This document shows, in pieces, positions 52,008-64,000 of a stretch of DNA of 64,000 nucleotides (the stretch's first letter is position 1; each line of letters opens with the position of its first letter). The stretch covers positions 74,028,001-74,092,000 of the forward strand of contig OX597824.1 of assembly GCA_951406725.2 (NCBI GenBank). The letters run 5' to 3'. The notes under the pieces are model-generated. The model ran no database searches, was not told the DNA's origin, and saw only the letters and a list, made by a program, of their open reading frames with translations. The translations under genes were made by a program, and so were the position numbers. This stretch comes from Octopus vulgaris. Taxonomy: Eukaryota.

Positions 52008-52569
52008 TTCAATTTTTTTCCTGTTTTACTTTCTTATCCTTCTGATCCAACCTATTTTCGCCATTCTCCCTCTCATGGACGCACACACACACACCTATAC
52101 ACTGTTTTACTACATCCAGCTACTCTGCTGCTTCACTTTCTTTTTTTTCTTTCTCTCTCACACAGTTAAGGCAAGTTTCTCAAATGTCACAGAAACAAAA
52201 ACAAAGGCTCAGTTGAAAACCTGGAAGGCCACAGAATCTCAGAGAAACACAGCCATCCATTACCATTCATTTTCAACAAATGCCACACAGTTCACAACGG
52301 CAGGTTTCAAATGTACTCTATCCCCTACAGCTCTATTCAAAAGTATCTAAAATCTAATTTTTTTTTTTTACTAGTTTCATTGAATGGACTGGCCATGCTG
52401 GAACACTGCTTTGAAGAATTTTTAGTTGAATGTACCAACCCCAGTACTGACAAAGCCTAGTACTTATTTTATCAGTCTCTTTTGCCAAACTGCTAAGTTA
52501 TAGGAGACGTAAATACACCCGCACCAGTTGTCCGGTGGTGGTGGGTGACAAACACCAAGACCTACATAC

Positions 52570-52600
<31 letters not shown>

Positions 52601-53886
52601 ACGGGAAAGACTCCCCTCAGTCATGAATGACCATGAGATTGCACCTAGAAAGTCCCCCCCACCTCAAGGCACAAGTCCAGGCAAGGTGGTTTATGAGAGA
52701 CCAGCAGTCACCCATGCATACCAGCCTCCCCTCTCCATACTACTGATATTATCCAAAGGAAAGGCAACTTAAATACTAGAATTGGTTTCTTTAACTAAAT
52801 CTTTCAAGGCAGTGTCCTATGACTGAAACAATATGTGTATGTCTATGCATGTATTTATCTGTGTGTGTATAAGTGCAAACATAGCTGAGAGATTAAGCTT
52901 GCTTCTCAACTACTTGGTTCTTGGCTCAGTAATGGGTGTAAATGAGCATCACTATCAGACAAGTGTCATTGTTTGTTTCCAGTCCTTTGTGCCAAAGTAA
53001 ATCTGCATCAACAAATATCATCTGAGCCATGCAAGCTTCAGAAAACAGACATCAAAATGGTAATGGTGATGATGATGATGTGCATGTGTGCTGTATTATT
53101 TTTCACACACACATACGCTTACATATAGTGAACACATTTTATTGCATCTGAGATATATTTATATACTGAAAGATTAAGCATCTATGTGTTCATAAAAACC
53201 ATTATAAAAAGCAAAAACAACACACGCACGCATGCACTTGTGGTCTTTTAATCGTTAATAGATTACATTTATATCGTTAACCACTAGGTTCTGAAGTAGG
53301 CAGGAGTATTGTCATGCAGAGTAAAAGCAGGTGGATTAAAATGCTCCTTGCCTTGGGGGGTCCACAAAAGCACAGAACAGCTGTAAATACACCTCAAAAC
53401 TTCCAGCAACACACTGCGATAACAAAATTATCCGCTGAGATAATTCGTCTCTGTACCATTTTATGTGCATCAATGATGGAGTGTATTAATGCCGAAGTGC
53501 ATGTGAAGCAAGATGTCTTTGCATGCTCTCCTTGGATAATACTTGCATGCATGCCTTTCATACATAATTTCGCCGTGTGTTCATGTTTATACACAAGAAG
53601 CACAAGTAAAATATTAGGTTGGATGTATGTGAGGTTGCGTATAGACATTAGACAATGCGTGGATAAACTGTATATGTGCTGATACACAAATAGTGTCGGT
53701 CCTTTTTGTTTGCATACTGAAGTACATTTGCTTAAGTACTTTTGCGTGTGTTTATACACGGAGGAGTACGATTGTGTACATCTGTTTACGGCCTTGTTGC
53801 TGTTTAGCCCAAGGTCAACTCTCATTGATATCTTCGCTTTTATAATCCTAAATCCAAATCATTCTTTTAACTGCTTTTACAACATG

Positions 53887-53932
<46 letters not shown>

Positions 53933-53965
53933 CTTGTTGTAAAAGCAGTTAAAAGAATGTGTATT

Positions 53966-53996
<31 letters not shown>

Positions 53997-54054
53997 TTAC
54001 ATACGTGTGTATGAATACAGAAAGTAAAATAATTTTCACCACCATGGACAATAG

Positions 54055-54086
<32 letters not shown>

Positions 54087-54786
54087 TGTTGCTATTATGC
54101 AAAAGTGTCGTAAGTCCAAACTGTTCCTTTTTCGTCTTTGTAAATCAATGACATTACACACTTTATCTTTGAAGGTAATGCAATGAGAGAGGCTTGGGTA
54201 ACAGTTTCAGGAAGATTGAACAATGACAGCGTAGAGGCAGAATAATTTTCTTTCCAACAACCTGCACCACTGTAGATGACCTGGGGCTAAGCAACAACAG
54301 TTTCTTGGTAGAATAGCAGCCAAAGTCACTATCAAATCACACCCCGACTTACCATGTCTCAATAAAAGATGAACAGGAGTTCATAAGTCTATCCATAGAT
54401 GAAACAAATATACATCAAGAATAATGGTATACATACAATTATTTTTTTTACTTCAGATTTTTTAATACTTGCCAAAAAATATCTATCACTTTATATCAAA
54501 TTAAAACAAATTTCTCATTTGTATAACTCCTCCCATAACTATCATTTACTCCCTCTTATCCACTTCCTGTTTCTTCGATTCTTTCCTTCACTTAGAGTGT
54601 AGCATTCTTTTACTCATTGCCTGCTACTAAGCCTAGTATGTACAATCAGCCTGCACCTCATACTATCTGTAGAAAGCATGATCAGAGAAATCAACCAACT
54701 AACATTTATATTGGTTATTTATTAAACCATATTAGTTATACAATGAATGTTTTTAGAGACACTGCAATAATAATAATAATAATAAT

Positions 54787-55000
54787 TGTTTCAAATTTTG
54801 CCACAAGGGCAGCAGTTTTGGAGGAGAGGGATGAGTTGATTGCATCAACCCCAGTGTGTAACTGGTACTTATTTTATCGCCCTCCGAAAGGATGAAAGGC
54901 AAAGTCGTCCTCGGCAGAATTTCAACTCAGAACATAAGGACAAACAGAATGCCACTTAACATTTTGCCTGGCATGATAACGATTCTGCCAGCCTGCCGTC
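54787..55000 (-). mobile_element. SINE family A variant
   Basis: Reverse complement of head and core. A similar older copy lies at 7765-7980. Confidence 0.7.
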
Positions 55001-56145
55001 TTAACAACAACAACAACAACAAAATAAAACGGTCAAGGCTAGAAAGAGTTTGATCATGAAAGATTCGCTGGATCAAAGTGGTGCTGATGCTAAGCAATCC
55101 TAACAAGCTGAAAAACTATTTCATGACATCAAATAGAAGCATCGATTTATAACCAACAAAGGACATATTTCTTCAGTGACTTGCATTTTTGTCACACACG
55201 TATTTTTTTTTTCACCCATTTATACACCCCCACCCCTCATCATTACCTCACGAAAATTCCTCACAGACAAACCAAACCATATTCCTGCATTCCTTGCAAA
55301 TGAACTCATACATTTAAACTGCTGATTCATTAAGTAAAATCTTTTTTTTTATTTTTTATGTCTTTTCAATATTTCTCAGCAATCAGCACAGATACATCTC
55401 AGTCATTAGACTGCAGTCATGCTGGGGCACTACCTCAAAGGGTTTAATCACACAAATCACCACCAGTATTTCGTTTTGGATTTGGTTTGCAAGATTCTTT
55501 ATATGAGTTCGTGTGTTGAAGCATATTTTGTCAAAACTATTGGAAAGGTTGCAAGACGCAACGAAAATTTTAGGAAAATAAAAATAAGCAAAAAGTGGAA
55601 ATTTTACCGGTGAGTGTTAAATTATAAGGCAGAAAAAGAAAATGACTCTCCCCAGACACAATCAGCACCAATACTTATGTTTTAAGCCTGGCACTCATTC
55701 TATCGATCCCTGTTGCCGCACCGCTAAGTTGGAGGGATGTAAACAGACCAATACCAGCCACCAAGTGGTGGTAGAGACAGACACAAATACTCATGCAAGC
55801 ACACACACAAATACAATGGGCTTCTTTCAGTTTCCGTCTATTAAATCCACTTTGCTATAACAGAAGACATGCCTGTAGTGCCGCACAATGGGATCATGTG
55901 GTTGGAAGTAGGCTTCTTTACCATACACCCATGCGTATATATGTTGCACTATAATATACATCTATATATATGCGTGGAATTTCAATTGTATGATAACAAA
56001 AATTTTACGTGTATTCTTATACATCCAAAGAGAAAATTGCAATAACTTGTATTATGATGTCCAAGATTCCTTTCACCAATCTCCGGAGTTAGATAAATTA
56101 CAGATTACATATGAAAGAAAAAAAACAAGAATTTGTCCACATTGT

Positions 56146-56530
56146 CGTAGGAGTGGCTGTGTGGTAAGTAGTTTGTTTATCAACCACATGGTTCCGGGTT
56201 CAGTACCAATGCATGACACCTTGGGCAAGTGTCTTCTACTACAGCCTCGGGCTGACCAAAGCCTTTAGTGGATTTGGTAGACAGAAACTGAAAGAAGGCC
56301 CGTCGTATATATATATGTTTGTGTGTCTGTGTTTGTCCTCCCAACATCACTTGACAGCCGATGCTGGTGTGTTTACATACCCGTAACTTAGCGGTTCAGC
56401 AAAAGAGACCAATAGAATAAGTACCAGGCTTACAAAGAATAAGTCATGGGGGCAATTTGCTCGACTAAAGGCGGTGCTCCAGCATGGCTCCAGTCAAACG
56501 ACTGAAACAGGTAAAAGAGTAAAGAGTAAA
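56146..56530 (+). mobile_element. SINE family C
   Basis: Homologous to 49721-50108. Confidence 0.8.
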
Positions 56531-59500
56531 TTATTCAATTAAGTCATCTTACACATATTTCATTATTATTATTATTAATAATAATAATAACGGTTTAAAA
56601 ATTTGGCATGTTATATAAAGGAAACCTTGCATGATGATTTGATAACGTAATCTGCTTATTATAAGTTTTTCCTTATATAACGGATATTATTATTGGGGAA
56701 ACACGTGTCAGATGAAAGAAGTAGGTTAACTCATCTGTCGTGTTATGTATCCTCATTGATAGAAATTCACGTTGGTTGAAAGACATAAACAAGATGGACA
56801 ACAGCAGACCCCCTTCCATCCACAACACCCTTGCTCCCAATGATACAAAGGAAAAGGAAACTATGTAAGTCCTAGCCTGAGATTCAAAGATACTGCAAAA
56901 AAGAAATTGATCATAAATGACAAACTCAAGCGAAAAACCGACTAGTATGGAGAAAGCTTATCAAGTCATGCGAAAACCATGAACAGTCAAAAACGTGATG
57001 ACTATTGTTCAAATGTATAGAAAACAAAAAGACAGAGACAGGTGAGGGAACAGCAAACAGATGTATTAGTTTGAGACTCAGGAAAAATGGAAGTCTTTGA
57101 CGTTTCGAACCTACGCTCTTCGAGACGAAAAATAAAACATGTCAGGATTATTGGTTGCGCGCGCACACACATTGAGGAAAGTTTCTGGATAGTAACAAAG
57201 TTTGATATAAACTACCATACATATTACAACTCCCCTCTCTCTTTTATTTATGTGTGTGTGCGTGTGCGTGCGTGGAGGCGCGTGGCTTAGTGGTTAGGGC
57301 GTCAGCATCATGATCGTAAGACTGTAGTTTCGATTCCTGGACCAGGCGATGCATTGTGTTCTTGAGCAAAACAGTCCACTCAGCTGGCAAAAATTAGTAA
57401 CGCTGCGATGGACTGACGTTCCATCCAGCTAGGGAACACATACTCCATTGAAACTGGGCCCATGTGTATATATATATACATACACACACTACCACAATCA
57501 CACACGCAAGTACATATATGTATACACGCACATATTTTCACAAAGCTCATTTCTACAATACTGCCAGTATTGAGTCAACAAAGAGGCATATACGGGGTTG
57601 ATTCACCAGCTAGAAATTGCATGCAATTCTCCGGCAAATCACACCTTAGCGTCTTAAATAAAGACACATATCTCTCTAATACAATGAGCTGATGGTCACA
57701 GCTGCAAAACCTTTGATCATACATAGATTTGGTGAATGAGCGTTGAGCCAAACAAGAACTAATAAATAAATACTGAAAAATCCAACCGTGGCCCGACTTT
57801 CCCGTCCATCTTCTCAGAATTGATAAAATTCACATAATCAGAGTCAATGGTTTTGACTTCTGTTACAGAATACTCCAGCAAAAAAAAAAAAAAATTAAGT
57901 AATGCGTATTTAAAATGTAAACAATAGTCTGTATATACAATAGTGAACTTTCACTTTCTCATTGTTTTTAATTCAGTTGAAGACTTTTGGCACGTTTTTA
58001 CAATAGCACAACAACCAGAACCACTATACCAGTTGAGGCAACGAGGGAAGAATCTATAAGCCCACTGAAAATAATAGCTAAACATCTCTCAAATCACATC
58101 CCATTATTTTTTATTTGTTTCAGTCATTGGACTGCAGCCATGCGAAGGCACCGCCTTTGAAGGAGTTTAGTCGAACAAATCGACCCTAGAACTCATTCTT
58201 AAAGTCTGATTCTACCTTTCTTTTTGCCGAACCGATGAGTAATGAGGACGTGAACAAACCAACACCGATTGTGAAGCGCTGTTGGGGGACAAACGGATAC
58301 AACACGACGGGCTTCTAGTTTTAATCTACCAAATTCACTTGGTTAAAAATACGCATTTTAAAGGGAACTGCGAAGAAAAACAAAGTCGAGAGAGGGAAGA
58401 ATTGTGAGAAATTCCAAGGAAGACAATTTTTTTCATGTTATCACCATAACCGCGCGCGCGCGTGTCAATTCCACTGCTTGACGACCGATATTGGTTTGTT
58501 TACGTTCCCGTAACTTGATTCGACAAAAACACACCACTAGGATAAGCATCAGACATTTTAAAAAGTACTGGGGTTGATTTGCTCAATTAAAACCATTAAA
58601 GGTAGTGCCCCAGCACGGCCGCATTCCAATAACTGAAACAAGTAAAATATTAAAGGTATTGGAAAATATTTTGTCTGCATTTGAAGTGTACAAATACGTA
58701 GTTTTCCAACAGTTTCATCCTTTCAAAGAAAAGAACCCAGTTAAGTTATTGGTTAGCCTGAATCAACGACCCAGATGTGTTGGTTTGTTGTGCCTGTCAG
58801 AAATCGATATAAATCCACTACGCACATGCGATGTCTCACTGATTATATACTATATATTTGTTATTCTTTTCAAAGCAGAGGGTTTACTCAGTCTCAGCTC
58901 AGAGTCACTCGCCATGTGCGACAAAAAAAAAAAAAAAAGGGGGGATAAGAAAAAGACCGCTCAAAATTGAACTTGGACAGGGTAAAGGAGGTCATCAACT
59001 TCGAATAACTTGTTCGTACTTTTTTTCCTGTTTGTACACCCAACTGTAAGCCTATACACACACACACATATCTATGTCTATAAACATGTGTATGTCTATA
59101 AACATGTGTGTAAAGGACAAGAACATTCACAAACTAAAAAAGTAGAGGAAAAATTAGAGAAGTGGGGTTAAACAGTGAATGCTGCTTAATGTAATCACTT
59201 TAGGGCGTAAGTCTTTCCCAATTTGATAACATTGTCCGTGGTTTTAATAAGCGGATTCCACAGCATAAATATTATTTTAACGAGTTTATTGGTTTATGAG
59301 TCTGTTTTGAAGATATAAAGAAAAATCCTAAACAGATTTATAAGACTAAACTAATAGTTAAGTGATAACAAGCTTGCTTCCCAACCGCAGGATTTCGGGT
59401 TCAGTCCCACAGCATGGTACCCTTGCTTGTGGAATTGATGGACAGAAACAGAATGAAACCCTTCAAGAAGGTGCCCCAGTATGGCCGCTGTATAATTACT

Positions 59501-59639
59501 GAAACAAAAGAAATATACGTACATGTGTGTGTGAATGCGCGCAGTCGTACACGAAATTCTATTTTCTTCGCAATATTTCTCACAGGAAAAACACTAACAA
59601 AATTTTACCAGACGTCGGTCTTTAATCTTTCATTTTTCT

Positions 59640-59965
59640 TTCTTTCTCTCACTCTCTCTTCCTTAACATCATATTTTCCCAAAATCTCAACAAAGACATG
59701 AGAATATTGTGTGTGACGAAAAAAAAAAGTCCCAGCCTGACACACACTGAAATAGTGATGAACATTTTCCATCTCAGTGTGTATATATATATATATATAT
59801 ATATACTAAATTTTCTTTCTCTCACTCTCTCTTCCTTAATATATTTTTCGTAAAATCCCAACAGACAAGAGAATATTTGTTAGGTGACAGAAAAAAAAAA
59901 AGAGTCTCAGACAAACACACACACACGGACAGAAAAAGTGATGAACATTTTCCATCTCAGCGTGT
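59640..59965. repeat. Local tandem duplication, ~175-180 bp period
   Basis: TTTCTCTCACTCTCTCTTCCTTAA...GTGATGAACATTTTCCATCTCAG occurs twice. Confidence 0.8.
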
Positions 59966-60551
59966 ATGTGGTACAGATAAAACATGAAAACGACCCCGCC
60001 ACTAACAACATCCCTAGAGACAACATTTGTTTACGTCGAGCAAGCCTTGAACTATGCTACTTAATGTCACAAAGGCAGCCTTTCAAAGCTTGTTCGCAGC
60101 AGTGTGTGTGTATATATATATATATATATATTATAGTATAGATACACATACAGCCATATATATATATACACACATACACAGAACTAATTAATTATTGCAA
60201 AAGCAGTGAACTATGTGAGGGGAATAGATTGAAAAGTTCAATAATACTAATGAAAAACAGAAATGATTATAGACTAATTGACAGTAATGCAAACTGTTTT
60301 GTCTCGTTCCATTTTTATTATACACACAAACACACGCGTATGTACGCATTAAATAAAAGTAGCTTGCAAACAAATATACACGTGCTTCGCTAAATCTGTT
60401 AATAATGGTAGTTAAGAAGTTTAAAAGCTATTATATATTGATGTTTGGGCCTATAATATCGGCTGAAAACTATCGAAGTTTATCTTTTATTAACACGATG
60501 TATTTAATTATTCTACATACATGTATATATACATTATATATATCGAAGTTA

Positions 60552-60643
60552 GCGGAGGTAAAGAATACGCACACCAACCGTTTTCAGTGTAACCTTAACC
60601 CTAAACCCCTAAATACTGGGTGTGCGTATTCTTTACCTTCGCC
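60552..60643. mobile_element. Miniature TIR element with CCCTAA-like core
   Basis: TIR GCGGAGGTAAAGAATACGCACACC / GGTGTGCGTATTCTTTACCTTCGCC with near-TSD CGAAGTTA/CAAAGTTA. Confidence 0.65.
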
Positions 60644-61132
60644 CAAAGTTATCAAAAGCAGAAATCGATAGTTTCCACAAACATCAATAACAATTATTTG
60701 TGGCGATGTCGCCTTGCGTTATAGCTTGTTCCAAGTATTACCGACCTCCCCGTAGTTCAAGGACCACACACACGTGTGTGTGTGTGTGTTCTGTTCAGAA
60801 AAGTAATTACAGTGTCATTTAAGAATTAAATAAAACGTAAAAGTAAAAAAAAAATGACCTTTGCAATTGAACAATTTGTGACTGAACTTCATATAAAACG
60901 TTTAGAAAAATAGTCCATCAACGAAGAGGATGTTTTTGTAAGAGAAGGAACAGAACCGCGCAAATTAAAACAAAATATAATATTAAAGCAGAAAAATAAT
61001 AACTCCGCCAATAATTCTTAAAAATAATAAAACGGCCTTTTTTTTCTCTTCGTGATGAGAAATCAATGTTTTTTTTTTCTCTCTTTTAAGTGTATATCAA
61101 ACTTTTTTAAACCTATACATGTCTCCAAGTAT

Positions 61133-61171
<39 letters not shown>

Positions 61172-61174
61172 ACA

Positions 61175-61305
61175 TACATATTACAGAAGGTGACAACTTC
61201 AAAGAAAGCTATTTCTAGTTACTTGGAAAATAATTCAAAGACAAGTCTGAAAGTGAATAAACATTTAATCCATAATCGACCACGAAATATATAGTGTTTA
61301 TATTA

Positions 61306-61354
<49 letters not shown>

Positions 61355-61470
61355 TCACACACATATTACAGAAGGTGGACAACTTCAAAGAAAGCTATTT
61401 CTGGTTACTTTGAATAATAAAGAACTCAAAAACAAATCTGAAAGTGAATAAACATTTAATCCATAATCAA
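61175..61470. repeat. Local duplication of ~105 bp separated by (TA)n
   Basis: CATATTACAGAAGGTG...AAAGTGAATAAACATTTAATCCATAATC occurs twice. Confidence 0.82.
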
Positions 61471-61561
61471 CAAAATATATTTTGTTCCTTCGGGAACTGA
61501 AGAACTTTTATTTCCCGAAGAGTAAATAAGCAAAACAAAATATATAGTTTGTAGATTAAAC

Positions 61562-61618
<57 letters not shown>

Positions 61619-62849
61619 GAATTCAGCAAATTGTTTAGTGGAGTAGTTTTTCTACTTACAATTATCAGGTAATTTTCAATGTTGACTTTGGTGGTGGTTA
61701 TTGAATTTCTAAATGATTTCAACAATAAAAGTAATCCGTGTGAACGAATTTATATATTATATATAAAAATAAGATAAAATTTCTCTCTCTCTCGTAATAT
61801 CATAAAAAAGAAAACAGTTTTGTTTTGAGTTTAGCTCGTGATACAAAACAACACGGAAGAAGATCTTTCCTTTCACTTTCTTGACAACAAACTTTCTACA
61901 CGTTATTTTAACAAATCTACTAAGTTCAAGTGTTGATATTCAAATATATATGTACACAAGAAAAGATAGGTCAAGTCCCACCTCCTTCCTTCCCGCACAT
62001 TCAGCAATAATAATAATAAGAGTGGTGGTGGTGGTGGTGATGATAATAGGTAATTGTAGTAGCAACAGTACAGTATATTAATAAAAAGCTTGCTAAATCC
62101 AGTGGTAATCCTCCGGATAAATTAATAGCAGTACCTGCTGTCCTAGCACGAGAGAAAAATAAATAACAGGAATGCACGCGCAGCATATAAATACTATATA
62201 ACTAACACATACACGTGTGTGTGTGTGTGTACGTATGTGTGTGTATCTATGTGTGTGTATGTATGTGTCCTGTCGCTTTCTCCTCTGCCTCCTCCTATCG
62301 TCTCAATATGATTTCTAGCCATTTCATTGGTTAATTTCGTGAGTCATTTATTTATTTATTCATTTTTTGATATATCCGCCTTCCCACCACCTTTACACAC
62401 ACTGACACAAATACACACGCAAACACTCACACACAGACTGTCACAAACACACACACGTACGCACTTTATGATATCACCATAATAACAAGCTCAGATATCA
62501 CTAATTATCACTTACTACCTCAACAACGTATATCACAACTAACGGAAGCAATGCCATAACAACCACAGTTATTAACTATTTCGTTGATATTTTGAAAACA
62601 ATATAATGACAAATTATAACAATGTATCATTTTTATACAGGAAATGAAACAGTTATGGTGACGCAGGGTCCTTAACAAAAGGACGAAATTTGCCGGTAGG
62701 GTTTCAGGGGTGTCTTTATGGTGGCTGTTTAAAAAAAATTTTAAATAAACAGTAATATAAAGAAATGTTTTTAAATTATTAATTTTTAAAAAGTTTGGAA
62801 ATTATTGATTGATGGACTACTATATTGTTATAGTACAGCACATGTCATA

Positions 62850-63800
62850 ACAGATATCACCACTAGTCACAAATGTCACCACCACCACTGCACAGATATC
62901 ACCACTACCATCACCACAACAACACAGATATTACCAATACCACCACCACAATAACACAGATATCACCACTACCAACACCTCAACAACACAGATATCACCA
63001 CCACAACGACACATATATCACCACTACCGCCACCACAGCGACAGATATCACCACTACCACCACCACAACGACGCAGATACTACCACTACCACCACCACAA
63101 CAACACAGATATCACTACTACCACCACCATAATAACAACACAGGTATAACCACTACCACAACAACACATATCCTCACTACCACCACCACAACACAGATAT
63201 CAACACTACCACTACAACAATACAGTATCACCACTACCACTGCAACAATACAGTATCACCACAACACAAATATCACCACTACCCCACAACAACACAGATA
63301 TCACCACTACCTCACAACAACGACAGATATCACTGCTACCACCACCAGCACAGATATCAACACTACCACTACCACAACACAGATATCACTACACCACCAC
63401 ATGGATATCACCACTACTAGCACATCAACAGCACAGACATCACAATTACCACCACAACAACACAGCGATCACCACTACTACACCAGCAGAGATATCACAA
63501 TTACCACTACCACAACAACACAGATATCACCACCTCTACCACTCCAACAACAGTTATCATCACTACCATCAAAACATCACTAGAACAGATACCACCACTA
63601 CATACCATCACCACCACAACAAAAGTACATTGATCACAATAACTACACATACCACAACAATAATGGCACAGATACTACCACCTCAGCAACAACACAAATA
63701 CTACCACAATAACAACAATTACACCTATCTATACCACAACAAACACCACAAGAAAACAACTACCACAACAACCACAGCCACTATGCCAAAAGTGATACCA
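62850..63800. repeat. Degenerate ~30-bp minisatellite (ACAGATATCACCACTACCACCACCACAAC)
   Basis: Recurrent CAGATATCACCACTA unit. Confidence 0.88.
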
Positions 63801-64000
63801 ACAATACAATAACAGTTAAGGCAGTGAGAGGTGAAACTATAAGCCCATTCATCTTGCTGGAAATAATAGTTAAACATCTCTCAAAGCACATCTCATTATC
63901 CTTATAAAAGTAAGAACACAGAGATTAATGTTTTTTATGATACATTGTCTATAGAAAGGGGAAAAAATGTGATGGTCACTACTGGAATGACTTTGATCAT

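Noticed and set aside
50491-52169. Long 290-518 aa ORFs rich in Y/I/H/T/C/V/M (also at 2.2-2.9, 7.0, 18.1, 29.0 and 33.1 kb)
   Set aside because: They are translations of stop-free (TA/CA)n, (ATAC)n and (CTAT)n microsatellites, open in most frames.
62873-63583. Thr/His-rich mucin-like ORF
   Set aside because: It is a degenerate minisatellite whose unit drifts between frames, with no signal peptide or splice support.

Overview
Eukaryotic, AT-rich, repeat-dense genomic DNA. The SINE families and the very large (TA/CA)n, (ATAC)n and (GATA)n tracts suggest an octopus or other coleoid cephalopod (inference). The one well-supported protein gene is a minus-strand TatD-family nuclease of the TATDN2 type. 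It has five coding exons (48035-46241, 43559-43388, 41136-41007, 38139-37927, 36992-36846; 818 aa) with canonical, phase-consistent splice sites, intact TatD metal-binding motifs and a long disordered N-terminus. Almost all other ORFs in the track are microsatellite or transposon shadows. The rest is nested mobile DNA: three tRNA-like SINE families, RTE and CR1 LINE 3' ends, non-autonomous Helitrons, mariner/pogo MITEs, and a Merlin-like MITE family (GG-starting TIRs, 8-bp TSD) carrying variable TTAGGG tracts. There is also a U6 snRNA retro-copy. The most notable unexplained signals are hammerhead-ribozyme-bearing short elements in (TA)n tracts, telomere-repeat MITEs that hit the same SINE site twice, inverted SINE pairs around TATDN2 exons, and possible extra spliced exons downstream of TATDN2. 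Coordinates of degenerate repeats are approximate, and family names are assigned from motifs without database searches.
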